From Octopus vulgaris (taxonomy: Eukaryota): DNA of 64,000 bases. Positions 23,551 through 36,411 of this stretch are shown piece by piece. The notes below the pieces were generated by a model. The model did not search any database, was not told where the DNA came from, and was given only the letters and a program-made list of their open reading frames with translations. Made by a program: the position numbers and the translations under genes. Location of the stretch: the NCBI GenBank assembly GCA_951406725.2, contig OX597817.1, forward strand, positions 19,220,001-19,284,000, given 5' to 3'. Each line of letters begins with the position of its first letter. Positions within the stretch are counted from its first letter, which is position 1.

Positions 23551-24175
23551 TGACAGAGAGATAGTGTGTGAGAGAGATGGTGAAACGGAGGAAAGAAGAG
23601 GGGAGGAGGTGGATGAAAAGCCAGTATGAAGTGTAGAATATTGGAAGCTTAAATAAAATGTTAGGGTGAAAATAAAAACTACAACGTGTCATATCTTTCT
23701 TTGCAACTAGACTGTAAAAAGGCAAAATATTAAATTTAGCTGTCTGCCATATGAAGTATATTCAGTTTAAATACAAACATTCGTGGAAAGAATTAGAAAA
23801 TTATTAAGTTTACCTCGATTATCGTTATTCAGAAAAATGTATGTCAATTTAGATGCTTTTCGTTTTGGTATAATATTGAAATTTAGTTTGTGTTTCTTAG
23901 GAAAGACTTCATAAATAATACTATTTAAAGAAACTCAGTTGATATATATGCTATATTTACATATATTGAGATGACGTCTGCTTAATCAACATTTTTATTT
24001 ACGTTTCCCTATTCATAGCCTTTCTGGCTATGTGGTTGCATTCTCTTTCATCTGCAAGTTTTCAAGGTCTTTTCAACTACCTACATTGTTGATAGTAACA
24101 TACAATTGTCCGCGTGTGAATACTGAATTTGGATGATACAAACTGCGCCTCTTTAAATTTGTTCTTGTATCAAGA

Positions 24176-24362
24176 TCCGTAGAATAAACTGCCGGACGAG
24201 ATAGTGAAGATGCCGACGACCGCTCGGTTCAAAGTCTCTCTTGACCAGAAATGGCCTGAACTGTTTGTATGACTACCATACCTGTACATAACTCCCTGTC
24301 CCCCTACATGGCCTTGCTTTTGCTTTTTGAGCCAATAAAAATTGAATTGAATTGAATTGAAA
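24176..24362 (+). mobile_element. 5'-truncated CR1/L2-type LINE 3' end
   Basis: NKLPDEIVKMPTTARFKVSLDQKWPELFV* (WNxLP...FKxxLD C-terminal motif), short 3' UTR, AATAAA and a (TTGAA)n tail. Confidence 0.75.
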
Positions 24363-25849
24363 ACTAAAAGAAGGCCTTATAGGTAATAAGCAATGCTTTA
24401 AAAGTAAATCGATGTCGGTTTTTTGAAGAGAAACTCCGAAAATCCTTGGCAACCTTTCCTTAGTTTGAATATGTGAATTCAATAGGTAACTTTAAAACAA
24501 TCTGTTCTATATTTATTTATCTATTTACTTAATACTTTATTGTGTTTCGTTTCTACAGGCGGCAAACTGGAAGAGATGTCAACAAGATGGACATACATGG
24601 TACCATGCAATATTTGTTGCAACTCTGAGGTGCAAGTTCAAACAACATCGTTGTAAAGTTTTGTCTTTCATTCTATTCAGGTCGATAGTAAATAGCAATA
24701 CAGGGCAGAGCATTGGTGGACATGAAAAGATGACCAATTGGTTTACAGTACGCGCTCTGACATTCACTTTCTGAGTTCAAATACTAGTGTGGTTCTTGTG
24801 ATAGTAGACTAAACACAGTCGTCTGGTCTAATACCTCCATCAGGGTCCTGAATAAAAGATTTTAAAAAAATGTGAAAATCATATTGATTTCAGCATCTAA
24901 CAGAGAGACATAAGGACGAACAGACAGACAAAAGCGTTTTTATAATATAAATGCTGCTTGGTAGTAGAAAGAAGAAGGAGAAATTCAAAATTATATACGT
25001 AGTATATATTTCCTCGTCTTTGTCTCATAATACTGTAATAATATTACTGTGAAGATTAAAACATCGCTAGGCCTCGGTCTTCTGAATTTGTATTCAGAGA
25101 CATGCGTTTAATTTACCACTATTATTTTCAATCTTAATGACTATTTCCCTGCATGGCTGGAATCAGTAAAACAAGAAAAGAAATATAACATCAACTCATA
25201 AATTGTAATCCTATCATTTCCATAAAAATAGCACAGCTACTGAAAAGTATAAAACGCACTTCCGAACAAGTCTATATTATGTCAGGAGTATGTACGACAA
25301 ATTAAACAAAAAAACAAAATAAAGAGATATAGATAAACATGTAAAAAGTATGTTTGTGAATTTCTATATCATTGGATATTATTAAGAAGAATCTAGAAGA
25401 GGTTAATTACCATTTTCTATGTGTATTTTCAATAATTGGTTTTTAATCAAATAGTCTAACATATATTATTACTCGACATTACATGTTTACTGATGATTCT
25501 GTAATTGAAAGTTGTTATTAAGACGAGAGTGAGAATAGCATTTCAATTTATTATATTGTTGTAAATTATTGGCACTTGTTACATATACTCAAGTGATACT
25601 TAATATTCACATATACACGTATATTTTCACATACGCATATAAACATAACATCTACTCGCACACGATGTACACACCCGCCTAATGAACGGACACGCATACC
25701 CATACATATTAAAGGATAAATACCGTTATTCAACGTAATAAATTAATTGCAACTCTTTCTGAATGTGTTTGTATATATTTATCCATCAATGTTTTTATAT
25801 GGCATTACACATACCTTGAGAAACGCTCACAATTTTATATCTACATACA

Positions 25850-25964
25850 TGGACACACATATACATACATATATATGTATGTACGTGTATATATATATAT
25901 ATATATATGTACGTATATATATATATATATATATATGTACGTGTATATATATATATATATGTAC

Positions 25965-26013
<49 letters not shown>

Positions 26014-26081
26014 TATGTATACGTATACATATATATTTATGCATCCATATATATATATATATATGCATATATAATGATATA

Positions 26082-26142
<61 letters not shown>

Positions 26143-26200
26143 TTACAAACATACATGCAAACATACATACAAAAATACATACATACATACATACATATAT
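25850..26200. repeat. (TA)n/(TACA)n microsatellite block
   Basis: Direct reading. Confidence 0.95.
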
Positions 26201-26265
26201 TCTTTAAATATATATCATTTTGCAGTTTCGTGGGCGTAAGATGCTGACAATACATTAGATATTCA

Positions 26266-26485
26266 GGCCGATGACTGAGCTGGCAAAAACGTTAACACCT
26301 CGACCGAAATGCTAAACAGTATTTCATCTGTCTTGGCGTTGTGAGTTCAAATTCCGCCGTGGTTTACTTTGCATTTCATCCTTTCTGAGTCCATAAATTA
26401 AGTGTCAGTTGCGTACTGGGTCGATCTAATCGACTGGCACCCTTCCTAAAGATGTCGGGCCGTGTGCCTTGAGCAGAAATAAATA
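26266..26485 (+). mobile_element. SINE family A, diverged copy
   Basis: GAGCTGGCAAAAACGTTAAC...GAGTTCAAATTCCGCCG...CATCCTTTCTGAGTCCATAAATTAAGT. Confidence 0.8.
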
Positions 26486-26679
26486 TATTAGTCGTTCGTA
26501 TGCAGAGTCTGTTTTCGAATATCTGCTGATGTGGATGTGCCCTACGCCCATATATTTTAAATCATACGGAACTGAAGCAAACTCTTATGAAATATCCATA
26601 ACTCCGAGCAAATATATTGAGTACATCTTTCATTTGTTTGTCCTTTCTTTTGTTTGTCTCTCTCTTTCTCACTCTCTTC

Positions 26680-26758
<79 letters not shown>

Positions 26759-26835
26759 ATTTGACAGGACTACAAACATTAAGATAAGGCAAATATCTCA
26801 AGTCGTATACAATATTATTATTGGAATAAATTCAA

Positions 26836-26893
26836 AATCTTACGGCTGTTTCTGGGATATTCCCAAGTATGGGATATTCCGTCATCAGAGACA
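26836..26893 (-). ncRNA. Type I HHR with intact canonical core
   Basis: Minus strand GTCT-CTGATGA-CGGAATATCCCA TACT TGGGAATATCCCA-GAAAC-AGCC-GTA-AGAT: CUGAUGA, GAAA, GUA triplet and stems I/II/III all present. Confidence 0.7.
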
Positions 26894-27731
26894 TATAGGG
26901 GGAAAATGTGGAAGATGTGAATGGTATATATCAATGAAATGATGACATGGAGGAAGGGAGTAAAAGAATAAGGAAATGGAAAGAAGAAGAAAAATAAGCA
27001 TAAAATTCATAGTTCAACTTTCTGAAGTTATAGAAACCAGAGCATGAGCCCTGCGTAGATCCATTAGTGTATGTTGTTAGGTGCAATCCTGCGTATATTC
27101 ATGTGGATTAAAATCCTGATATAGTAAGCATCCCAAGAAACAAGACTCTAACATATCAACGTTCTATTACAGAATGGTAACTGAGGTGGCTATTAAATGG
27201 TAAAAGTAATGAAAAGAAAAGAAATAGAAAGAGATGTAGAGTGTGATGAGGGGAATTTAAGGATTGGCTATAGGATAAAGTAAGGTGCTTAGGTATATAT
27301 TGTCTAAGAATTGTATACGGGGTAGCTGAGAAGATAAGAAAGAGGGTGAGGAGATAGAGGGAAATACGGTAGGAAAATAGAGTAAAATAGAGCAAAATGA
27401 AAGGAATTTAGAGAGAGTAGAATATAGCTGAAGGTGATACACTGATACTAACAGTACTAATTATATTATAACCACTACAAGTAATAATGCATATACTTCA
27501 ACTACTAATAGGAATAGCAATAATATGGATATTAATACCAATATTAATACCAACAGCAATATTACTATTACTGAAAACCGTACCATTATTAACACTCCTA
27601 CCATAAACGCAACTATTATTAGCCGCAATAATAACAACACTAATACCACCTCCTCTGCCACCGCTAATACTAACACTACTACTAATAATACTACTACAGC
27701 CGCTGCTCCTGCAACTACTACTACTACTAGT

Positions 27732-27904
27732 AGTATTATTATCGTTATTATCATTATCTGCACCGGAGTTATCATTATCGGCATCGGATAACTATTACTC
27801 TTATACTACTACTACTAGTAGTAGTATGAGAGTAATAGTTATCCGATGCCGATAATGATAATGATAACTCCGGTGCAGATAATGATAATAACGATAATAA
27901 TACT
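27732..27904. repeat. About 170-bp palindrome of low-complexity DNA
   Basis: AGTATTATTATCG..CACCGGAGTTATCATTATCGGCATCGGATAACTATTACTC / GAGTAATAGTTATCCGATGCCGATAATG..ACTCCGGTG..CGATAATAATACT, centred on ACTAGT near 27814-27819. Confidence 0.92.
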
Positions 27905-28070
27905 TATTTACCTTTGACGGATATTTGCCCTCATCTTGTTTGTTGTTAACACGACGTTTCGGCTGATATACACCCACCCTTCATCAGGGGTCTTGGAGAA
28001 ATTTCGAACATGGCTTCTCATTCCTAGGGTATTTTTTGATGTTATTATTATTATTATTATCATTATTATT
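27905..28070 (-). mobile_element. HHR-bearing tail of the composite tRNA-SINE (HHR 27948-27992)
   Basis: Minus strand GACCC-CTGATGA-AGGGTG..CAGCC-GAAAC-GTC-GTGTT with intact core. Homologous to 30433-30575 and 49005-49150. Confidence 0.75.
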
Positions 28071-29528
28071 ATGATTATGCCATCAAAGTTATACTGGGGT
28101 AAAATATACGAAGCCCAGTATACCCATCATGACTACCCGTCTGATAAGGGTACATCAGGCAGATGCATCACAACCATATGTGCGCGATATCGTGATCTCA
28201 TATCAAGATAAACAGCACATGACCTTGCAGGTGAGGCCCTGTTAGAATTTTGTTCTGGTCGAGTAGCCCATCCTGCTCAAAGGGTCCCAGAATAAGAATT
28301 GTTTAAGGATGTTGAAAGAACCACCCATGTTTCCAGAGGTGAATTATTCAAACCCCAAAGAATCCCACTCAACACATGGCTATAATGCTCCCCCACTACT
28401 TCTGCTCGTGATCAGAAATGCTCATATCGTCAGCCACTAATTTTTATGTGCACTATTAGACATGTAATTAGAATTATTATTGTGATAATGTCCATATATT
28501 AATATAAATCTTCGTATTTATTTTACATCTATGCATATAAGCGGGTGACTTTTGAACATTTTCGCAATGTATTTTCCCATTTGGCTGGTAATTTATTTGT
28601 ACAGACCTTCCTAGATATAGGATTGCTTCAGAAACTGGGAGCTTGAAAGGTAAAGGTAAAGTTGATTGCCATTCACATTACGTTACTCTCGGCCATTTCA
28701 GTGACTGTTCTCTCTAGAGCAGAGGTTCTCAAACCTTTTGGTTCTCAAACATGAATTTAAGCAAGTAATCGACAAACAAAAGCCGCATTTCTAGTCACAA
28801 GTATTCCATACAAATATTCTAAAACAAATCAAAAGTAATTACTGCGTATATCTCAGTTTGAACACCGGGGTCGAGGTAACCGACTGAGCTACTCCTGAGT
28901 AAGAGTATAAAGCCTTCACCTCTCTGCTAAGCCATGCCGAGATTGTGTAACAGAGTAATCTAGTCAATCTCAAGCTCAAATTCACGACCTCCACATCGGA
29001 CCGTAGTGGTTAGAAAGAACATGCTGAGGTCTTTATCCTGTAGTGAACTGAGCATAGGCAACCTAAATCTAAATGCAACTAAGCCGTAAAAAAAAAAACC
29101 GAACTAAGCTTTACATATGAAAGCCCATAATAACAAGAACACTGCTGGAAGAATATTAAAAAATAAGTCATAAATGTAACATAAAATGATTCCTATTCAC
29201 AAGATATGAGCCCAGACGATACAAGTTCAATGCTGAAGTTATTGAAGCACATAATTTTAATATCCTCATAACATAGATAAACAAATGGTATAAACGCGAT
29301 ATCATACAGAATAAAAAGAACAGTGCAGTGATGGATATCTATGACCCCTTCAGATGAGCTCGTTGTGAAAAGGAAATTTATTACGCAATAAATTTACACT
29401 GCATTGATATTTACGAGGAATTTCATTTTCCACGCTCGATAATGTACAATATAATTAATTTAATATGCGTACACATGCACGCACAAAATCACATGCGAAC
29501 ACGCACATTTGAGTATGTGTGTGTGTGC

Positions 29529-29566
<38 letters not shown>

Positions 29567-29734
29567 ACGTGTGTGTGTGTGGAATGCGTGTATATGTGTA
29601 CACGTATACACGAAAATACATATACTATACGTTGCGTGAAATTAATCGGACCCGCGGTCTCTTTAGTGAATCATAAGATTAGGCCTAATAAATTAAACTT
29701 TAAAACATGTATCCATTGTTTCTAGTAGTCAATT

Positions 29735-30097
29735 CAGAGAGAGAGGTAAAGGGAGAAAGGAAAGAGAGAAAGTGTGAAGGAGAAAGAGAGAAAGGGAAAA
29801 GAAAGAGAGAGAGAAAGAAAAAAGAGAGAAGGGAGAGATAGAGAAAGAGTTGAGAGGATAGATAGAGAAAGAGAAAGGGACACACAGAAAGAGAAAGAGA
29901 GAGGTAAAGAAATAAAGGGAGAACATGAGCGAGAAGGGAGACAAAGAGTGAAGGAAGACAGAGAGAGAGAAAGAGTAAAGGGGAGAAATAGAGGGAGAGA
30001 GAGAAAGAGTGAAGGAAGAGAGAGAGAAAGCGTAAAGGAGACAAAGGGGAGAGAGAGTGAGAGATAGAGAAAGAGAGAGAGGGGGAGATAGAAACAT

Positions 30098-30130
<33 letters not shown>
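29735..30130. repeat. Polypurine (GA-rich) tract plus (CA)n
   Basis: Direct reading. Confidence 0.9.
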
Positions 30131-30134
<4 letters not shown>

Positions 30135-30432
30135 AAATTAGATATAGTGAGAAAAAGAAAGACTGAAATAAAATGAAGAATTGAGACAAACGAGGAAATA
30201 TAGACACTTAAACGTACACACATGATCTGCCCTCAAACATAAGGACAAGGGCATTTCGTACAACTCTATAATACGGTGCACTATATATATAAATATATAT
30301 ATATATTTATACATGTGTGTGTGTGAGTATGTGTGTGAGTGTGTGTGTGTGCGTGTGTGTGTATGCGTGCATGCGTGCGTGCGTGTACGTATGTCTGTAA
30401 TGTCACCTGTTGCAATCTCGAAATTTATACGT

Positions 30433-30670
30433 TATTTACATTATTTATATTCGGCGATATTTGTCCTCATCTTGTTTGTTGCTGACACAACGTTCAGCCT
30501 TCTTCCAGCCTTTTTCAGGTGTCTTGGGGGAAATTTCGAACATGGGTTCTCATTCCGAAGGTATTTTTCGATGTTCTTCTTCTTCTTCTTATTATTATTA
30601 TTCAGGACATTGCTTGAAATTGAACTCAGAATCTTGGGGTTGGTAGCTTGCACTCTTAACCACTAAGCCA
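30433..30670 (-). mobile_element. Composite SINE: tRNA-like head + (AAT/AAG)n linker + HHR-like tail
   Basis: Minus strand TGGCTTAGTGGTTAAG (A box)...AGTTCAATTTC (B-box-like), then AATAATAAGAAG, then CCCCAAGACACCTGAAAAAGGCTGG..AACGTTGTGTC. Confidence 0.75.
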
Positions 30671-30672
30671 TA

Positions 30673-30770
30673 TGGCCATAGTGATTAAGAGCGCGGGCTA
30701 CTAACCCCAAGATTCCGAGCTCGATTCCAAGCAGTGACCTGAACAACAACAAAAACAACAACAATAACAT
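30673..30770 (+). mobile_element. Inverted second copy of the same tRNA-like SINE head
   Basis: TGGCCATAGTGATTAAGAGCGCGGGCTACTAACCCCAAGATTCCGAGCTCGATTCC...GACCTGAA(CAA)n, head-to-head across CCATATGG. Confidence 0.8.
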
Positions 30771-31796
30771 TGCCGAACAAACCCGGTTGGTTTCATCTAA
30801 GCTGGAATTTTTGTTCCATTTTAAAAGTAAGGAAGCAAGATATTCGCAAATTTGTGCAGAAGCATACCAGGTTTGAGCAAAATCAATATTCACATTTGAA
30901 ACGAATTTGGATTATAACAAATATAGTTTGTTTTATGACAGTAGTGTCGAGTTTTACGCATTCTAGACTCTTACTGATACTAACATAATATTAGTGATGG
31001 ATGAGCAGTAGTCAATTATACTAAAATATTTATTCTAGTTGAGCTGGACCCGTTTTTCAATATGTTATCATTGCACTGACTGCATTGCTTTCCTATATGC
31101 TATCTAAGAGATACGTCAACTACGTCAAATAACAGTTTAAATGAAAACATAGACCTCCTTATGCTAACACATATACACACACACACACATACACAAACCA
31201 CTCATACACACACACAAACCTATAAATTGGTTTGCAGATACCCGGTTCAAACGAATATACTGCAAGTTGATCAGCAAAAACTAAGTATATACAACCGAGC
31301 TTTCAACTCGAGTAACAAAACGATTTCCTTACATTCCATTATTTCAGAAGCAATATATGAGCATGTGAAATGCGTGGCTTAGCAATTCTGGTGTTCAGTT
31401 CAAAACAGTTATGATGGACATACGATTTTCGGATAGCGTGACGCGTAGTGATCCTTAGCAAGGCACTACCTCAGTGCTAATGTGTACAAGTATCACCTGG
31501 CGGTTCACCTTGCAACAGACTGATCTCCCATTCAGAGAGGGGAACTTTCTATTCTCAGCGTAAGTGCCCTGAAAATAAGCTCCAATGAAATAAATACTTA
31601 AAGGGGTAATAACATTCATTATTCTAAGGAAGCGATAATAATTGCATCATAAAATAATAGCGACATCTAGAGTATTACAAATGTAACAGTAAATGCGACT
31701 GTCGATAGAAAATATTTATTGAACACTGCAATTTGATATAGAATTTTATACTTCATACTCATTTTTTTATACATATATGCATACAGACAGGAACCA

Positions 31797-31864
<68 letters not shown>

Positions 31865-31899
31865 GTATTTTTTTTATTGTAAGATGTAGTGGGTGTGTA

Positions 31900-33560
31900 T
31901 ATTTTAAAGTTGCCTGTGAAGTGAAATAAGCCGATTTAGAGTTTTTGAAAGAGTGTACATACCTATGAATGCGTTTCTTGAAATTGTTTGCTGTAGCTCC
32001 TGTGCAATCACTAGTAGCAGCCTGTATACGAACTTTTTAGCAAGACACTTTTCATTTCATAGTGGGGCCCCCATCGGAAATATAATTTGGATATATTTCT
32101 GTTTGATAACTGATTGCTGCAGAAATGCTTGTGGTAATTGCTAAAAATGAATGTGACATGAGCGACCAATTCACTCCCTAACGTTATTTGAGTTCTCCCC
32201 CTTATCATGTTTTATGAGTTGAAATATTTCAGTGGAACACTTCAGTTGGAGTACTCCAGCTGGGGTGGGGACTGTCCTAGTGGTATATAATGATTGATTA
32301 TTCTGCTTTGTGGGACCTAAATGTTAAAATCATTAGTAATGTTTAGTTTAAACTCATTAGTCTAAGTGATGGCATCTGCAAGTTTTGGGTTTGTAGAGTA
32401 CAATAGTGTAACGATATAATTATTAAATATTTGGTAATATTGTTCATGCGGTGGGAAGTAGGTTTTAATAAACGAGAAGGATATTTAAGGTACTCGAGTT
32501 TTATTGTTGAGATTATGTGGCAATTTACAAGTAACATCCCAATTTCTTTTCTTTTTTCTAAGTGTTAGTACCGCTGGAAACCTAGATACTGTTAGAATTT
32601 TTAGTAACTGGAAAATTATGCTGTCAAATTTCTTGTACCTAGCTGATTATTAGTTCGAGTTTACAGTTCTTAGCTGTTTTTAGCGTATTTAGGCTTAAAA
32701 TGTATATTCATTGATTTGTCGACATTTCCAGGGTGTGAACATTTAGCATGATTCTTTGGGGCTTTGGTTTCAGTATATGAATATCTTCTTTACATCCGCA
32801 TCACTTTTCCAATGTTGATCAATGATGTAGGAGGAATGCATTTAGAGTGCATGTAGAGTTATGTTTCATTAGGTTTATGATAAGGGTAATATAAACCTCA
32901 AGAAATGCCTAACGTTACATTTAAGAAGTTTTACACTTTTTTAGTCTAGTCTCATAAATTTCCCGATCGGTAGTATTATTTCATCTAATATTCTTTTACT
33001 GAGCTGTCCCAAGTCTGGTTTTGATGGACTAATTAATCTGACGTTTGCATTGTGATCCAGGGAATTTTGGATGAAATGCATCAGTTCGATCATCAGTGTT
33101 ATATGACAAGCGTTTTTGTTTGTGTCTCTCAGCGCGCGACCTCAGTAGATTGACAATAGTTTGCATGTGATTCCTTTAAGATGAATTGACTGTGAGGGTG
33201 GTATCAAGATGGTATAGATTTCCAAATTCTTTCCGAGTGAGTGTGCAATTTCTGCGAAATTCTTATACGGGATATTTTAGTTGAAAACTGTGTGTGGAAC
33301 ACTGCTGTATATCTAATATTTCTGACCATCAGGAGTAGCGCTTTCTCGACGTTTTAAAGAAAAGGATGTGTGGTAGGTATGCATAGGAACTGAAGTCACG
33401 GTATTCATCTGTTTTGCCGGCTTTTGTGTGCTTTTAATTAATTAAAGTGATAATTCCCTAGTCAGTATTATTATATTCCTAAGATAAGTTCTCAAATAGT
33501 TCCTTTCTAATGTAACTAGGTTATTCGTTCTTAGAATTCTTGCACAGGTTTTGTTTTGCA
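31900..33560 (-). mobile_element. Penelope-like element RT/GIY-YIG remnant
   Basis: Minus-strand peptides NFLNVTLGIS*GLYYPYHKPNET (RT thumb) and GATANNFKKRIHRYVHSFKN (GIY-YIG region). Confidence 0.75.
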
Positions 33561-33749
33561 TTTAGGAGCTACAGATAACAATTTCAAAACGTGGACCATT
33601 TAACTGTACTGGCCGAATAAGTCTGTCATGTTACATACATACATACGTGTGTATCCGTGAGTATATTTGTGTGTGTGTGCGTTTGTGTGCGTGCGTTTGT
33701 GTGTGTGTTGGTCTGTGATTTAGGAATAAGGGGATTAAGACACAGTCAG

Positions 33750-34620
33750 ACTTATTCTGGAAAGCCACACATTCTTCTTCAATTGAAAAAATTACATCCA
33801 AATTAAAGGCACGTCAATGGGAATGACGTTTGCTCTTGTCTACGCGAACTCTGTAATGAGATACTTCGAACAACAACTCTACCAAGAAGTAGGGGAAAGC
33901 TATATCATTGAGTTTAGAAAGTATATTGAAAAGGCATCGAAGAGATACCTTGACGATTGTTTCATAATATGGACAGAATCTCTAAATACTCTGGAAGAGT
34001 TCAATATCCTCCGGAACAACCTATACCCATCTCTTCAATTTACAAAGGAGATGAGTTGTACCTGATTACCTTTCCTAGATATAATGGTAATCAAATAGGA
34101 AACTGTCATTAACACAGATATATATTATAAACACACAGACACACATCAATAACTAAATTTTAAGTCGTGCCATCCACCACATACAAAACGCAACATTCCA
34201 TACTGCATAGCCAGAAGAACTTGTACCATTGTAGAAAATGCGAATATCAGAAACAAACGCTAAACACAACTATGATAGATTTTGCTCAAACAAAATACTC
34301 GTCTCTACTTACAGAAAATGGCATACAGCGGGCTATAAAAATACCCATACAACAACTGAGGACACACCAAAGAAGAGGAAAAGAAGAGCAAGTCATACCA
34401 TTTATAGTTACATACAATCCATGTCACCAGAATATATTCAACATTCCCAAAGCAAACCTACCAATTATTACTCAAAGTATTGAATTAAAAGAATATAATC
34501 ATAGATTGAGCTATGAATCTTCGTAAAAGACAGCCTAAAATCTTGAAACAATTCTTAATAAAGGCAAAGTTTAACCTTCGCAATAAACCCCAATCATTCA
34601 CCAGAATGGACGAAAGCGCT
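33750..34620 (+). mobile_element. Penelope-like element RT remnant
   Basis: YIQIKGTSMGMTFALVYAN..RYLDDCFIIW..LQFTKE..LPFLDI..TDIYYKHTDTHQ*LNFKSCHPPHTKRNIPY; stops and frameshifts present. Confidence 0.9.
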
Positions 34621-34722
34621 ATATTATATATGATATAAGTTATATGATGTATAAAAACATGTAATATACAAATAAATATCTGTAAATATAAAACCAATAC
34701 AAATTTCTGAGTACCTCATTTC

Positions 34723-34762
<40 letters not shown>

Positions 34763-35727
34763 AGTTGATGGAATTTTGTACAGAAAAATATAATACTGAA
34801 GCAAAGTACAATTAAGCTCAGGAGTTTTACAAGTTATATTTTCTTCTTGTCATTGTATTTACACAAGTAATTTTGTTTTACATTAATCATCAGCATAACA
34901 TTTATAAAATAACGTATATACTGAGGCAAATATATTCATAGTAACCATTTAAGCGCGAATATTCTATTCACAAAACCACAGCGTCTACAACTAACGTCTA
35001 CAAATGAATCACATTATTATATAAAGGTCGATAACGCTTATAGTGATTCACTTGTGTTTGAATGAAAGTTATTTTCGATTCCCGTGAAAATAAAATCAAC
35101 TTTCAAATGAATGTCAGACAGATCCATTTACATATTCATTTAAAACATGCTATAATATAAATTTCTTAATACCTCCATGTTATTAAGTTTATGACTCAAA
35201 TGAATTTGAAATAACGTAAATGAAAAGACTTTTATTGAGATATTCCAAGGAGATCTGAATGACCAGTAATGTCGATTTCAGTTTGGGTAGATTTGAAAAT
35301 AACTTTCACTTCAAGATATGAGTGTTAACGTAAGTTTTATTTCCTTTTAAATACAAATTTAGTTGCAGTAACTTTTACTATGTACATGTAAGTATTAAAT
35401 TGAATGTCCTGCTATTATACTTACTCTGAATTCCATTGAATATGGTCGTTAATTCACCTCAAGATTATAGTAAAAATTTGAACGTACTAATGGCAATACC
35501 AAAACTAATACTAAAACAAGGATACTGTGAAAATCCAGATATGCTGGAGACTATTTGAATAACATACATACATACATACATACATACATACATACATACA
35601 TACATACATACATACATACATACATACATACATACATACATACATACACATACATACATACATACATACATACATACATACATACATACATACATACATA
35701 CATACATACATACATACAAACATACAT

Positions 35728-35918
35728 ATACAAAGGGAAAGTTTACGAAACTAAACAAAAGACGAAGGCAGGTGGTGTACAAAACAAACAGATGTATTAG
35801 TTTAGCGTTCAGGAATAGAAAAGTCTTTTACGTTTCGAGCCTACGCTCTTCTACAGAAAGAGATACAGAAAAAAACAAGGAGAGAAAAAAATGTGCGTAG
35901 TGGCTAACGATCTATCAT
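35728..35918 (-). mobile_element. Solo PLE pLTR-like unit with HHR-like motif (35824-35861) inside (CATA)n
   Basis: Reverse complement of the 23290-23478 unit, flanked on both sides by (CATA)n. Confidence 0.7.
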
Positions 35919-36411
35919 ACATACATACATACATACATACATACATACATACATACATACATACATACATACATACATACATACATACATACATACATAC
36001 ATACATGCATGCATGGATGCATAAATACATACATACATACATACATACATACATACATACATACTATCTGTCTTTAATACTATACCAAAATACATCAAAA
36101 GGGAAACTGTTTCCATAAAATTCAAATGTTCACTGAACAAATTTCTTCAAAATGTCGCAGGGCAATCTACTACACCCAGATATGTCTCCAACAAAAACAG
36201 CTCTATGCTAGAGTGGGCCACGGTGCCTCATATATGTCTAAAAGACTTCACCGGCTGGTGCTAATAAGTTAGACGTAGCCTGGGCCTATACTGGCCGAAA
36301 CCTATCAAAATTATCAAAGTTATATGTAAGTATATATATATAAAATGTGTAGGTGGCATACGAGAGTGTATATATTTATAAAAAAGAAGTTTGAAAACGC
36401 CACTATATAAG

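Noticed and set aside
27461-27791. Thr/Asn-rich mucin-like ORF and hydrophobic antisense ORF
   Set aside because: Degenerate trinucleotide repeats; no splice or homology support.
28075-28440. GC-richer block that looks like an interspersed repeat (possibly a LINE 5' UTR on minus)
   Set aside because: Single copy in the window and no diagnostic motif; cannot classify.
30673-30741. Functional tRNA gene
   Set aside because: Acceptor and D stems pair poorly, copies disagree in the anticodon loop, and it continues into a SINE body.
36265-36310. GGCC-TATACT-GGCC-GAAAC as another HHR
   Set aside because: No convincing CUGANGA or stem I.
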